From Verrucomicrobiota bacterium (lineage in GTDB: Bacteria > Verrucomicrobiota > Verrucomicrobiia > Limisphaerales > UBA11358): 64,000 bases of DNA. The stretch spans positions 2,707 through 66,706 of the forward strand of contig JBEKMU010000013.1 in the NCBI GenBank assembly GCA_049523555.1. The letters run 5' to 3'. Shown piece by piece: positions 49,248 through 58,853 of this stretch (its first letter is position 1; each line of letters starts with the position of its first letter). Position numbers and translations under genes: made by a program. The notes below the pieces were generated by a model, which ran no database searches, was not told where the DNA came from, and was given only the letters and a program-made list of their open reading frames with translations.

Positions 49248-50666
49248 ATGCAACCGGGGACTGTCCGGAAAACCAAAATCATCGCCACGCTGGGGCCGGC
49301 CACCGATACAGCAGAGATGATTGCGCGGCTCATGGAGGCAGGCGTCAACCTGTTCCGCCTCAACATGTCGCACGCGCCGCATGATTGGGTGCGCCGTGTT
49401 TACAGAGACATTCGCGCCGCCGCCGCCGCCCGGCGGCAATTCATCGGCATCATGCTGGACACGCAAGGCCCGGCCATCCGCACCGGCGACATCAGCTCGC
49501 CGCTTGATTTGCAGCCCGGCCAGAAATTCACCCTCACCGTCCGCGGCGAACGCGACCTGGAGGAACATTCCGTGGACGTGAATTACGCGAATTTCGTCAA
49601 CGACATCAGCCTCGGCGACGTGGTGCTCATTGACAACGGCGCGATTCAAATGAAGGTGCTCGCCAAGGACGGCAACCGGGTCGAGTGCGAAGTCCTCACC
49701 GAAGGCACGCTCGGCAGCCGCCGCCACATCAACCTGCCCGGCGTCAAGGTCAGCCTGCCTGCGCTCACGGCCAAGGATATCCAGGACGTGAAGCTCGGCC
49801 TCGAACTCGGCGTGGATTTCATCGCGCTGTCGTTCGTCCGCGAAGTCCGCGACCTGCTCCAATTGAAGGAGCTTTTCAGCAAGGACAAACCGCCACCGCT
49901 TGTCATCGCCAAAATCGAAGACCGGCAGGCAGTTCAAAATCTGGAATCCATCGTCCGCGAAACCGACGGCATCATGGTCGCCCGCGGCGATTTGGGCATT
50001 GAAATTCCGTACGAGGAACTGCCCATTGTCCAGCGCCGCATCGTCAAATCGTGTTTGCGTCAGGGCAAACCCGTCATCGTCGCCACGCACATGCTCGAAA
50101 GCATGATTGAGTCGCCCATGCCCACGCGCGCCGAGGTCACCGATGTGGCCAATGCCGTTTATGAAGAGGCCGACGCCATCATGCTCAGCGGCGAGACGAC
50201 CGTCGGCAAATATCCGCTCAAGTGCATCGAGGTGTTTGACCGCATCGCCGCGCGCATCGAGCGCAGCGGCAGCGCGCAATTCTCCGACACGGCGGAGTTG
50301 AGCAGCCCGCGGCAGAAACTTGTCAAAAGCGCCGTCGTCATGGCCAATGAATTGAAGGCGGCGGCGATCCTGGTGATTACGCGCAGCGGCAACATGGCGC
50401 GCTATGCCGCCTGGATGCGCCCGCATTATTCGCCCATCTACGCGCTTTGTCCCGGCAACAACGTGGCCGGCGGTCTGACGTTGAGCTGGGGCGTCACGCC
50501 GTTCGTCGTGCCGTTTGACCTCATCAATCCGGAAAACACCATCGAAACCTCGCTGAAAAGCCTGGTCGAACAAGGCCGGCTGCGCAAAGGCACCACCGTC
50601 GTCATCATCGGCTCCATCCTCGTCGGCGAACAAATCGTGGACGCGGTGCAGATGCGGGTGGTGTGA
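49248..50666 (+). CDS. pyk: Pyruvate kinase
   Basis: RKTKIIATLGPA, FRLNMSHA, MVARGDLGIEIP and ATHMLESM. Confidence 0.97.
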   Translation: MQPGTVRKTKIIATLGPATDTAEMIARLMEAGVNLFRLNMSHAPHDWVRRVYRDIRAAAAARRQFIGIMLDTQGPAIRTGDISSPLDLQPGQKFTLTVRGERDLEEHSVDVNYANFVNDISLGDVVLIDNGAIQMKVLAKDGNRVECEVLTEGTLGSRRHINLPGVKVSLPALTAKDIQDVKLGLELGVDFIALSFVREVRDLLQLKELFSKDKPPPLVIAKIEDRQAVQNLESIVRETDGIMVARGDLGIEIPYEELPIVQRRIVKSCLRQGKPVIVATHMLESMIESPMPTRAEVTDVANAVYEEADAIMLSGETTVGKYPLKCIEVFDRIAARIERSGSAQFSDTAELSSPRQKLVKSAVVMANELKAAAILVITRSGNMARYAAWMRPHYSPIYALCPGNNVAGGLTLSWGVTPFVVPFDLINPENTIETSLKSLVEQGRLRKGTTVVIIGSILVGEQIVDAVQMRVV

Positions 50667-50691
50667 GGCCGGCAGAACAGACGATTGAAAA

Positions 50692-52272
50692 TTACCGCGC
50701 TCGCTTGCGTGTGAAGACCAGCAAGTTGGCATCCGCCACTTCGTTCGTTGCCAGCGGCTCCGACCAATGGCCTCCCTGTTTGTCAGTCACATAGCCGCCG
50801 ACGAGAACGTAATCCTGCTGCAAAAATTGATCCAAGAATTCATAAAATCCTGGCGGAGTTCCCACTTGCCATAACCAACTGTTTGCTGTCGGCGTGAAAA
50901 CAATCAGTTTCGGCGGGTATTCCTGCAAGTCGTCAATGGCTTCGCGCTGATATTTTCGCGCCACAGCGGTCGGTATCATCAGCGGATAAACGGTTATGAA
51001 TCGTGTATGGCTGAAGCGCTGGGCGTAATAAAGAATTTGCGGCTCGGAACCGGCGACGAAAACAAAATCGTTGGGCGAGCTTAATTCAGCCATGCGCTTG
51101 GCAACCACTGGCGAGCTGAAGAATGGGAACCCGTCCATTTTCACTTCCGCAAACCGTTCGCGCGTGCATATCAGCCAGGGCACATCGGAACGGATCACCA
51201 GAAGCACGACCGCAGCCGTGAGCAAACACCCGGTCCATCGGGCCGGTCGCGCCGACCATTCAGTGATGCGCGAAGCGAGGGCGCAGATGCCAACGGCGCT
51301 CAACAACGCCCAGAACGGCATTATCACAATATAATATTGCGGGTATCCACTCGCACCGGTCGCAAAAATTGCGCTGACGAACATGCCCAGCCAGAACCAG
51401 ACGCGCGGTCCTGGTTGCAACCAGGCGGCCCACGGGACAAAAAACAAAATCCACCAGTTGGTCCAAAAAGTTCCAAACCTGGACCAGAGGTAGGTCATGC
51501 CAAAATTATTTGATGTCACATAGTAGCGGTTGAACAGCACCGTGCATTCCCATAACCGCGCACCGCCGTCGTGGGCCAAAAAAAATCCCAATTCCAAAAT
51601 AGACGCCAGCAACGCGCCCAGAACCACCGCCAGCCAGCTTTGGCGTAACAATCTCGCGTTATGCGTCTGCCGCCACTGCTCGACCGACCAAACCGCAAAA
51701 ACGAACACAAGCACTGGTAGCGAGGTGTATTTGTAACACAACGCCGTCACACCCAAAAACCCCGCCGCCAGCCAGTATTTTGGTCTGTGGCCGCGATGCC
51801 GGCTGCGGATGTAAACGGTGATGGTTGCCAGCAGCGGCAGCAACATGAACATTTCCGTGTTGGCGGTGAATTCATCAATGCCGGGCAGTAGGATCATCGG
51901 CGTCGCCAGCCACATTGCCGGCAGGGCAAAGCCTTTTCCGAACTCCAGCCGCGCGATGTATCCCAGGAAAACCGTCGCCAGCGCCACGAACACATACGCC
52001 AGCAAACGCGGTGCCCAGAAAACATCCGGCAAAAGCAGGTTGGCAAGCGCGTAACTGTAGATGATCATTGGCGGCTTTTGGATGAAAGCGTGTTGGTATG
52101 GCGCAATACCGTGAATCAGAAGCTGGGCGGAATAGGCGTATTCCCCCTCGTCGCGAATCAACGGCGCATTGCAACTGTTCCAGCGTAGCGCAATGAACAG
52201 GAAACCGATTCCCAGAATTCCCAGCCATCTGCCCGGATGTCCGCCGCCGGGAAATGAGGTTTCTGTTTTCAT
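50692..52272 (-). CDS. Polytopic membrane glycosyltransferase, GT39/ArnT-like
   Basis: 12 or more TM helices. The first-loop acidic motif is RDEGEYAYSAQLL. A soluble domain follows at the C-terminus. Assigned from topology and motif only. Confidence 0.6.
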   Translation of the reverse strand: MKTETSFPGGGHPGRWLGILGIGFLFIALRWNSCNAPLIRDEGEYAYSAQLLIHGIAPYQHAFIQKPPMIIYSYALANLLLPDVFWAPRLLAYVFVALATVFLGYIARLEFGKGFALPAMWLATPMILLPGIDEFTANTEMFMLLPLLATITVYIRSRHRGHRPKYWLAAGFLGVTALCYKYTSLPVLVFVFAVWSVEQWRQTHNARLLRQSWLAVVLGALLASILELGFFLAHDGGARLWECTVLFNRYYVTSNNFGMTYLWSRFGTFWTNWWILFFVPWAAWLQPGPRVWFWLGMFVSAIFATGASGYPQYYIVIMPFWALLSAVGICALASRITEWSARPARWTGCLLTAAVVLLVIRSDVPWLICTRERFAEVKMDGFPFFSSPVVAKRMAELSSPNDFVFVAGSEPQILYYAQRFSHTRFITVYPLMIPTAVARKYQREAIDDLQEYPPKLIVFTPTANSWLWQVGTPPGFYEFLDQFLQQDYVLVGGYVTDKQGGHWSEPLATNEVADANLLVFTRKRAR

Positions 52273-52347
52273 TGCTTCGCAATTGAAAAAAATACAGCGG
52301 CCCTCTTCCGAAAGTCAATGAACTCAAAACCGTCCGTGGAAAAAGAA

Positions 52348-53799
52348 TTAATGCAGCGACTTCGTGGCTTCGGCGACAAAGTTCAAAACCGTGTTCGGGA
52401 AAACGCCAATCCAAAACATGCCCGCAATGCAGACCCAGATGGAAACTTTGGCCGGAGCCGAAAGCGCAATCGGCGACAAATCCGGCGCGTCCTTGCTCCA
52501 GTAAATCGCGCGGATAACGCCAAAATAGTAGTAAAGCGAAATCACCACACCCGCCAGCGCCGTGAACGCGAGGCAATAATAACCTGGATTTGTCGAGCCT
52601 TGTGCGATGACAGCTTTGAGCAGCAAAAACTTCCCGAAAAATCCGGCCAGCGGCGGGATGCCCGCCAGCGACACCATCGCCAGCGACATCGTCGCGGCCA
52701 GCAGCGGCGAACGCTGGTTCAAGCCCGCCAGCGCGGAAATGTCTTCGGCGTCCACCTGCCGCATCACGAGACAAATTACTGTAAACGCCCCCAGCACCGT
52801 GAACAGATAGCCGGCCAAATAATACAGAACCGCCACCTGGCCGCTTGTGCTCAACGCCGCCACGCCGAGCAGCAGGTAACCCGCGTGCGCGATGCTCGAA
52901 TAACCGAGCAATCGCTTGAGGTTTTGCTGCGGAATCGCGCACAGATTGCCGTAAAGAATCGTGATGCCCGAAATCACGATGAGTAGATTCGCCCAATGCG
53001 CCGTGATGCTTGGAACCGCGGTGAACAAAACGCGCAGCAACAAAACAAATCCGGCGGCCTTGGAACCAACGGCGAGAAAGGCAGTCGTCGGCGTCGGCGC
53101 ACCCTGATAAACGTCCGGCGCCCAGATTTGGAACGGAAACGCGGCGATTTTGAATCCGAGACCGACGAGTATCAGCAATACACCCAGCAAAAAGACCTTG
53201 TTGTCGGCAAACTGGGAGGCAATCATTGCCAGCTCGTTGAAATTCAATTTACCCGTTGTGCCCCACACCAGCGCGACGCCAAAAACCAGGAACGCCGACG
53301 ACAATGCACCAAGAATAAGATATTTCACACCCGCTTCGAGTGACACCAGCCGCCCGCGCTGGAAACTCGTGAGCACGTAAAACGTGATGGTGATCAGTTC
53401 GATGGAGACAAACAACATCGCGAAGTCGTTGGCCGACGCTGCGAACAACATCCCCGAAAGCGCAAAAATGGTGAGCGCGTAATATTCCGAGATGCCCGTG
53501 GCGATGCGGTCGGAAAATTCCACCGACATGAACAGCACAAGAATGGCGGCCACGATGAAAAAGCGTTTGAAAAACACGGCCAATCCATCCTCGACAAATG
53601 CGCCGTGGAACGCCGTGCCCGTCAGACTGCAACTGCCGTAGCCGCTCAGGCTGGTCAGGAGCAACAGTCCCAACGCCGCGCTGGCCGCGTAACCGAGAAA
53701 ACGCCGGCGTTCGGGGGGCATGAACAAATCCGCCAACAACAGCACGACGCCGAGGGCGATCACCGAGACTTCCAAACTTATCAAGGCAGAGTTCATCAA
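52348..53799 (-). CDS. nuoN: NADH-quinone oxidoreductase subunit N
   Basis: 483-aa antiporter-like subunit, last gene of the nuo cluster. Its ATGA start overlaps the nuoM stop. Confidence 0.92.
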   Translation of the reverse strand: MMNSALISLEVSVIALGVVLLLADLFMPPERRRFLGYAASAALGLLLLTSLSGYGSCSLTGTAFHGAFVEDGLAVFFKRFFIVAAILVLFMSVEFSDRIATGISEYYALTIFALSGMLFAASANDFAMLFVSIELITITFYVLTSFQRGRLVSLEAGVKYLILGALSSAFLVFGVALVWGTTGKLNFNELAMIASQFADNKVFLLGVLLILVGLGFKIAAFPFQIWAPDVYQGAPTPTTAFLAVGSKAAGFVLLLRVLFTAVPSITAHWANLLIVISGITILYGNLCAIPQQNLKRLLGYSSIAHAGYLLLGVAALSTSGQVAVLYYLAGYLFTVLGAFTVICLVMRQVDAEDISALAGLNQRSPLLAATMSLAMVSLAGIPPLAGFFGKFLLLKAVIAQGSTNPGYYCLAFTALAGVVISLYYYFGVIRAIYWSKDAPDLSPIALSAPAKVSIWVCIAGMFWIGVFPNTVLNFVAEATKSLH

Positions 53800-55319
53800 T
53801 TTCGGAGTTCGGAAATGGCTGCGACCTTGGGTTTATCCAAAATGGGATTTGCCATGCTCACGATTTTCTCGGCGTCCGGCGTGATTTTGTCCGTGAGCAG
53901 ACGCGGGAAACAGCCGAAGACAAACAGGCTCGCGAGCAGTAGCGCGTAGGGCAGCTTGCGCCAGACATGCGACGCGTCGGGAATGGTCGTCCATTTATCC
54001 GGCACCGGACCGTGCAAAACCTCCCGCATCGCCCGCAGCATGTAGAGCGCGCCGATCAGTAACGCGCCCCAAACGGCCAGAGCGGTCACCAGCGGGAAAA
54101 CTGTCCACGCGCCGAAGAACACCGTGACTTCGCCAACGAAATTAGCAAAGCCCGGCAAGCCGCAGGCTGCCAGTGCCGCCATCAACAGCGCCGTACCGAT
54201 AAACGGCAATTGGCGGCAAAGCCCGCCCAGCTTGCTCATTTCCAGCGTGCCGGTTTTTTGATAAATGTAGCCGCTCAAGGCAAACGTCAGCGCCGCGAGA
54301 AAGCCATGCGCGATCATGATGACCACCGCGCCGGTCACGCCGATGAGGTTCAGGCTGGCAATGCCGAGGAAGATGAAGCCCATGTGCGCCACGCTGGAAT
54401 TGCCGATGAGCAGGTTCAGGTCTTTCTGTCGCATCGCCACCCAGCCGACGTAAAGAATGTTACCCAGACAGAGCCACGCGAGAAAGTTCATCCAGTCATG
54501 GGCGGCCTGCGGCATCAACGGCAGCGCGATGCGAATCAAACCGTAAAGGCCGAACTTTTTCAGCACACCGGCATGCAGCATTGCGGTCGGCGACGGCGCG
54601 GCACCGTAACCCAGCGGCGCCCAGGAATGAAACGGCCAGAGTGAAACCAGAATGCCGAAGCCGAACAACAGCAGCGGGAAGATGAAATTTTGCGCCTTGG
54701 CCGCCAGCGGATAGGCCTTGGCGTGTTCAATCAATTTCGGAATATCGAACGTGTTCGCGCCGGATTGCAGGTAGAGCGCGATGAGTCCGATGAGCGCGAT
54801 GAGCGCGCCAATGCTCAGGTAAAGCGTGATCTGGAACGTCGCGTAATTCTTCCGTTCGCCGCGTCCCCAGACGCCGATCATGATAAACGTCGGCACCAGC
54901 GCAAGTTCATGCAGGAAATAAAAGAAGAACAAATCGAGCGACGCGAACGCGCCAAGGATACCGCCGCTCATCACCAGCAGCAGGATGTAAAATTCCTTCT
55001 CGCGCTCCTTGATTTCCCACGCGCAGCACGCCGCCGCAAACGCAACGATGGCGCCCATTAAAATCAGCCCGACGTTCAAGCCGTCCACGCCGACGTGATA
55101 GCTGATGCCGAGCGATTCGACCCACGGAATCTGCTGTTCAAACTGATAGCCGATCATGTTGGGCACGAACTGGCAGAACATTTTTATCGCCAGCACCCTC
55201 GGGACGAACGTGGCGTGAAGGGCGACAGCGCGGATGATGACGCGGTAATTGCGCGGCACGAGCACCAGCACCAGTGCTGCCAGCAGCGGCCAGCCGAAAA
55301 TGTAAGTCAGTATGGACAT
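53796..55319 (-). CDS. nuoM: NADH-quinone oxidoreductase subunit M
   Basis: 507 aa, antiporter-like, with FHSWAPLGYGAAPSPTAMLHAGVLKK-type motifs. Confidence 0.92.
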   Translation of the reverse strand: MSILTYIFGWPLLAALVLVLVPRNYRVIIRAVALHATFVPRVLAIKMFCQFVPNMIGYQFEQQIPWVESLGISYHVGVDGLNVGLILMGAIVAFAAACCAWEIKEREKEFYILLLVMSGGILGAFASLDLFFFYFLHELALVPTFIMIGVWGRGERKNYATFQITLYLSIGALIALIGLIALYLQSGANTFDIPKLIEHAKAYPLAAKAQNFIFPLLLFGFGILVSLWPFHSWAPLGYGAAPSPTAMLHAGVLKKFGLYGLIRIALPLMPQAAHDWMNFLAWLCLGNILYVGWVAMRQKDLNLLIGNSSVAHMGFIFLGIASLNLIGVTGAVVIMIAHGFLAALTFALSGYIYQKTGTLEMSKLGGLCRQLPFIGTALLMAALAACGLPGFANFVGEVTVFFGAWTVFPLVTALAVWGALLIGALYMLRAMREVLHGPVPDKWTTIPDASHVWRKLPYALLLASLFVFGCFPRLLTDKITPDAEKIVSMANPILDKPKVAAISELRN

Positions 55320-55320
55320 T

Positions 55321-57189
55321 TTATTTCACCAAAACCAGATACAGCACCACCGCCACACCCAGCACGAACAGGAAAGCGTAGGTCTGGAGATTGCCGGTTT
55401 GCACAAGGCGCAACGCACGGCCCGTGAAATCCGTGCCGCCACGAACCAAACCGATGCAAAAACCCTCCACAAACCAGCGGTCAATCACATCCATCACCGC
55501 CGCGATGAAATCGTGCGCGCGGATGAATGTGGCCTCATAAATCTCATCAAAATAAAAGCGGTTCTTCATTGCGGTCGCCAAACTACCGAGCTTCATAGGC
55601 AGCGGGTCGCTCGCGGCATTCCGATACAACGCCCGCGCGGCAAAAAAGCCGACCGCGACAAACGCAATGCCAATCAGCGCGCCCATCGGTGAATGCGCAA
55701 ACGGTTCGACGATTCTTTGCGCGAGCGAGGCGCCGGATTCGCCAGGTGAAAATTGTTCGAGGTAAATGTCACTGATGGGCAGAACTCCGCCGATAAACGC
55801 GAATACGGCGAGGACAATCAAAGGCCAGGTCATGACCGCGGGCGATTCGTGCGCGTGCCTGGCGGTTTCCGTTCGCGGCTTGCCGACGAAGGCCACGTAG
55901 AAAAGCCGGAACATGTAAAACGTCGTCAAACCCGCGACCACCACGCCAAGCGCGAAGAGCGGATAATTTTTTTGTTCCAATGCCTGCCCGATGATGCTGT
56001 CCTTCGAGTAAAATCCGCTGAAGGGCGGCACGCCGCTCAAGGCCAATGTGCCGATCAAAAACGTCCAGAAGGTGATGCCCATCTTGTCGCGCAGGCCGCC
56101 CATTTTCCAGATGTCCTGTTCCTCGTGTAACGCATGGATGACCGAGCCGGCGGCGAGGAACAACAGCGCCTTGAAAAAGGCGTGCGTGGTCAGGTGAAAC
56201 ATCGCCGGCGTCGGGCCGGCCAGACCGACGGCCATGACCATGTAACCGAGTTGCGACAGCGTCGAGTAGGCGAGGATGCGCTTGATGTCATTTTGCTGGA
56301 TGGCAATCAGCGCAGAGAGCAACGCCGTAAAACCGCCAATCCACGCGATGACGTGCAGCGCATCGGTGTTGAGCAAAAACAAAACGCGGCAAAGCATGTA
56401 CACACCGGCCGCGACCATCGTCGCCGCATGGATCAACGCGCTGACCGGCGTGGGGCCTTCCATCGCATCCGGCAACCACACATGCAGCGGGAATTGCGCA
56501 GACTTGCCCATCGCGCCGCAGAAAATCAGCAGGCCGGCAATGCTCGCAATGGTTCCGAGCGCAGCGGGATTGGCGGTGAGTTTTTCCTGAAGCTCACTGA
56601 AATTCAGCGAACCGAGCGTTGCCCACACCACCAGAATGCCGAGCATAAATCCGAAGTCGCCGAGGCGGTTGGTGAAGAACGCTTTCTTTGCCGCGTCTGC
56701 CGCGCTGGGTCTTTCGAACCAGAACCCGATGAGCAGATAGCTGGACACACCGACGAGTTCCCAGAAGATGAACAGCTCGATGAAATTGTTCGCCAGCACA
56801 ACCCCGAGCATCGAGAACGTGAACAGGCTCAGGCAGGCGAAATAACGGCTCATGCCGCGGTCGGCGTGCATGTAGCCGAAGGAATAAATGTGGATCGCGC
56901 TGCCGACGCCGGTGACGATAAGCATCATCATCAGGCTCAAGCGATCGAGCTTCAGCCCGAAATCCACATTCAGGTTGCCGATGGAAAGCCAGTTGGTCGT
57001 CAGCTCGGCTGGTGTCGGAACCCAGCCGTTGTTGACGATGAAGACAATCGTGAGGATGAAACCGACGACGATGGCGCCGATGGACAACCCGGCGCTCACG
57101 TTGCGATTTTTCAACGTGAACAGCGTGATTCCCGCCGCGGCGAGCAGCGGCAGGAACAGGATGAGCCAAGGTAGCGCTTCGAGTTTCAT
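55321..57189 (-). CDS. nuoL: NADH-quinone oxidoreductase subunit L
   Basis: 622 aa with WELVGVSSYLLIGFW and HVWLPDAMEGPTPVSALIHAATMV, plus a C-terminal lateral-helix extension. Confidence 0.95.
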   Translation of the reverse strand: MKLEALPWLILFLPLLAAAGITLFTLKNRNVSAGLSIGAIVVGFILTIVFIVNNGWVPTPAELTTNWLSIGNLNVDFGLKLDRLSLMMMLIVTGVGSAIHIYSFGYMHADRGMSRYFACLSLFTFSMLGVVLANNFIELFIFWELVGVSSYLLIGFWFERPSAADAAKKAFFTNRLGDFGFMLGILVVWATLGSLNFSELQEKLTANPAALGTIASIAGLLIFCGAMGKSAQFPLHVWLPDAMEGPTPVSALIHAATMVAAGVYMLCRVLFLLNTDALHVIAWIGGFTALLSALIAIQQNDIKRILAYSTLSQLGYMVMAVGLAGPTPAMFHLTTHAFFKALLFLAAGSVIHALHEEQDIWKMGGLRDKMGITFWTFLIGTLALSGVPPFSGFYSKDSIIGQALEQKNYPLFALGVVVAGLTTFYMFRLFYVAFVGKPRTETARHAHESPAVMTWPLIVLAVFAFIGGVLPISDIYLEQFSPGESGASLAQRIVEPFAHSPMGALIGIAFVAVGFFAARALYRNAASDPLPMKLGSLATAMKNRFYFDEIYEATFIRAHDFIAAVMDVIDRWFVEGFCIGLVRGGTDFTGRALRLVQTGNLQTYAFLFVLGVAVVLYLVLVK

Positions 57190-57200
57190 TACTGTTTAAC

Positions 57201-57328
57201 CACGGATGAACACGGATGGACACGGATAAAATTCGTAGCAGCCGAGGTAACGAGGCTCTGACTTGCATCACGCATCACGCAACACGCATCACGGCGCAGA
57301 AAAGTTAGAGCCTCCTCACGTCGGCTGC
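57201..57328. repeat. Composite repeat block in the nuoL-nuoK spacer
   Basis: Three 10-mers CACGGATGAA/CACGGATGGA/CACGGATAAA. The inverted pair GTAGCAGCCGAGGTAACGAGGCTCT ... AGAGCCTCCTCACGTCGGCTGC. A CACGCATCA-type tandem lies between the arms. Confidence 0.8.
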
Positions 57329-57359
57329 CGCGGGTTAAATGGTTTGTTTCGCTCATGCG

Positions 57360-57665
57360 CTACAGTTTCATCGTGGTCAGATCCTCGACATGCGCGGACT
57401 GGCGTTTGCGGTAAAGCGCAACGATGAGCGCCAGGCCGACCGCGACTTCCGCCGCCGCGACGGTGATGATGAAAAAGACCAGGACCTGGCCGTCCAATTT
57501 GTTGTTGAACCGTGAAAAGGAAACCAGCGCGAGATTCGCCGCATTGAGCATCAGTTCCAGCGACATGTAAATCACCAGCAGATTGCGCCGCATGACGATG
57601 CCCAAAAGTCCGAGCGCGAACAGCAAAAAGCTCACGACTAAGTATTGTTCCAAACCTACGTTCAT
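57360..57665 (-). CDS. nuoK: NADH-quinone oxidoreductase subunit K
   Basis: 101 aa, 3 TM helices, with LELMLNAANL and AAAEVAVGLA. Confidence 0.95.
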   Translation of the reverse strand: MNVGLEQYLVVSFLLFALGLLGIVMRRNLLVIYMSLELMLNAANLALVSFSRFNNKLDGQVLVFFIITVAAAEVAVGLALIVALYRKRQSAHVEDLTTMKL

Positions 57666-57669
57666 ATCT

Positions 57670-57768
57670 TGATTGAATCGTTGAATCGTTGAACGGTTGA
57701 ACGGTTGAATCGGCGAAATTCGATGTCGCCGCGCCGGTTCAACGATTCGACGCTTTTAACGATTAAAC
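57670..57768. repeat. GTTGAATCG/GTTGAACGG-type inverted-repeat element in the nuoK-nuoJ spacer
   Basis: TTGAATCGTTGAATCGTTGAACGGTTGAACGGTTGAATCGGCG ... CGCCGGTTCAACGATTCGACGCTTTTAACGATTAAACG. Confidence 0.8.
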
Positions 57769-57774
57769 GAACCT

Positions 57775-58284
57775 TCATTTCAAATCCTTTTTGCTCAACA
57801 AAATCACGCCCACCATCGCCACGAGCAGCAGCACCGAAACGATTTCAAACGGCAGCACATATTGGGTGAACAGCAGTTGGCCGAGCGCGTCGGTTCCGCC
57901 TTCAAGCTGCGGCGCGGGCAAATCCGCGCCCGGATTTGCCGATTTCAACGCCTTCAAAGAAATCGCCACGATGGCACCGACGGAAATCAATCCGCCCACA
58001 AAGCCGAACATTTTGATTTTGCGGCGCTGTTCCTCCTTCAAATCGAGCAGCATGATGACGAACAGGAACAGGACGATGACCGCGCCGGCGTAAACGATTA
58101 TTTGGACGGCGGCGAGGAAGAACGCGTGCAGCAATACAAACAAGCCGGCCATCGAAACGATGGTCAGCACCAGAAACATCGCGCTCGTGACCGGGCTGCG
58201 GCTGAACGGATTGGCCACGACGAGGACGCCGCACAACAGCGTCAATGCCGCAAACACGTAAAATAAAATGTCAGGCAGTCCCAT
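57775..58284 (-). CDS. nuoJ: NADH-quinone oxidoreductase subunit J
   Basis: 169 aa and 5 TM helices. AVQIIVYAGAVIVLFLFVIML is typical of NuoJ. Confidence 0.92.
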   Translation of the reverse strand: MGLPDILFYVFAALTLLCGVLVVANPFSRSPVTSAMFLVLTIVSMAGLFVLLHAFFLAAVQIIVYAGAVIVLFLFVIMLLDLKEEQRRKIKMFGFVGGLISVGAIVAISLKALKSANPGADLPAPQLEGGTDALGQLLFTQYVLPFEIVSVLLLVAMVGVILLSKKDLK

Positions 58285-58295
58285 GTTTTCCCGCG

Positions 58296-58853
58296 TCAGA
58301 CCTTCACTGGAAAATTCTCCTGCTCCTTCGCCTCATCCAGTTTGTGTTTCCACTTCTGGATGCCGCCGTGCTCACCACCGAGCCCGAGGAGCTTCTTTTT
58401 GTCATAAATCATCTCGTCACGGGACAAGCCGGTGAGCGAGTAATCTTTCAACAGGAAAATCGCCTCTTCCGGGCAGACTTCCTGGCAGTAGCCGCAGAAG
58501 ATGCAACGCAACATGTTGATTTCAAATTCAAGCGGCATTTTTTCCGCATTCGGACGGTCAGCCATTGGACCGGCCGGTCCCGGCGGAATGATTTTGATGG
58601 CCTTCGGCGGACAGACGAATTCACAAAGCTGGCAGCTTACGCACTTGGTGTTGCCGTCCTGATCGCGGACGAGATATGGCGCGCCGCGATAATCCGGCGG
58701 CACGGCCCATTTCTGCTCGGGATATTCCATCGTGACGGTCTTGCCGCCGAACAATGAGCGGATGGCGTGCCGGAACGTGACCTTGAATCCGCCGACAATC
58801 GCCGGCAGATAAAGTTGTTCCCAAAACGTCAACGGTTTGCGATTAACAATCAT
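58296..58853 (-). CDS. nuoI: NADH-quinone oxidoreductase subunit I
   Basis: Two ferredoxin motifs, CVSCQLCEFVCP and CIFCGYCQEVCP. The ATG at 58853 overlaps the nuoH stop (ATGA). Confidence 0.93.
   Translation of the reverse strand: MIVNRKPLTFWEQLYLPAIVGGFKVTFRHAIRSLFGGKTVTMEYPEQKWAVPPDYRGAPYLVRDQDGNTKCVSCQLCEFVCPPKAIKIIPPGPAGPMADRPNAEKMPLEFEINMLRCIFCGYCQEVCPEEAIFLLKDYSLTGLSRDEMIYDKKKLLGLGGEHGGIQKWKHKLDEAKEQENFPVKV

Noticed and set aside
57201-57293. Short tandem repeats (10-mers, 9-mers, heptamers at 57201, 57267, 63111, 63388, 34543, 19251) as possible CRISPR arrays.
   Set aside because: The units are 7-14 nt and directly abutting, with no unique spacers of 25-40 nt, and no cas genes are present.
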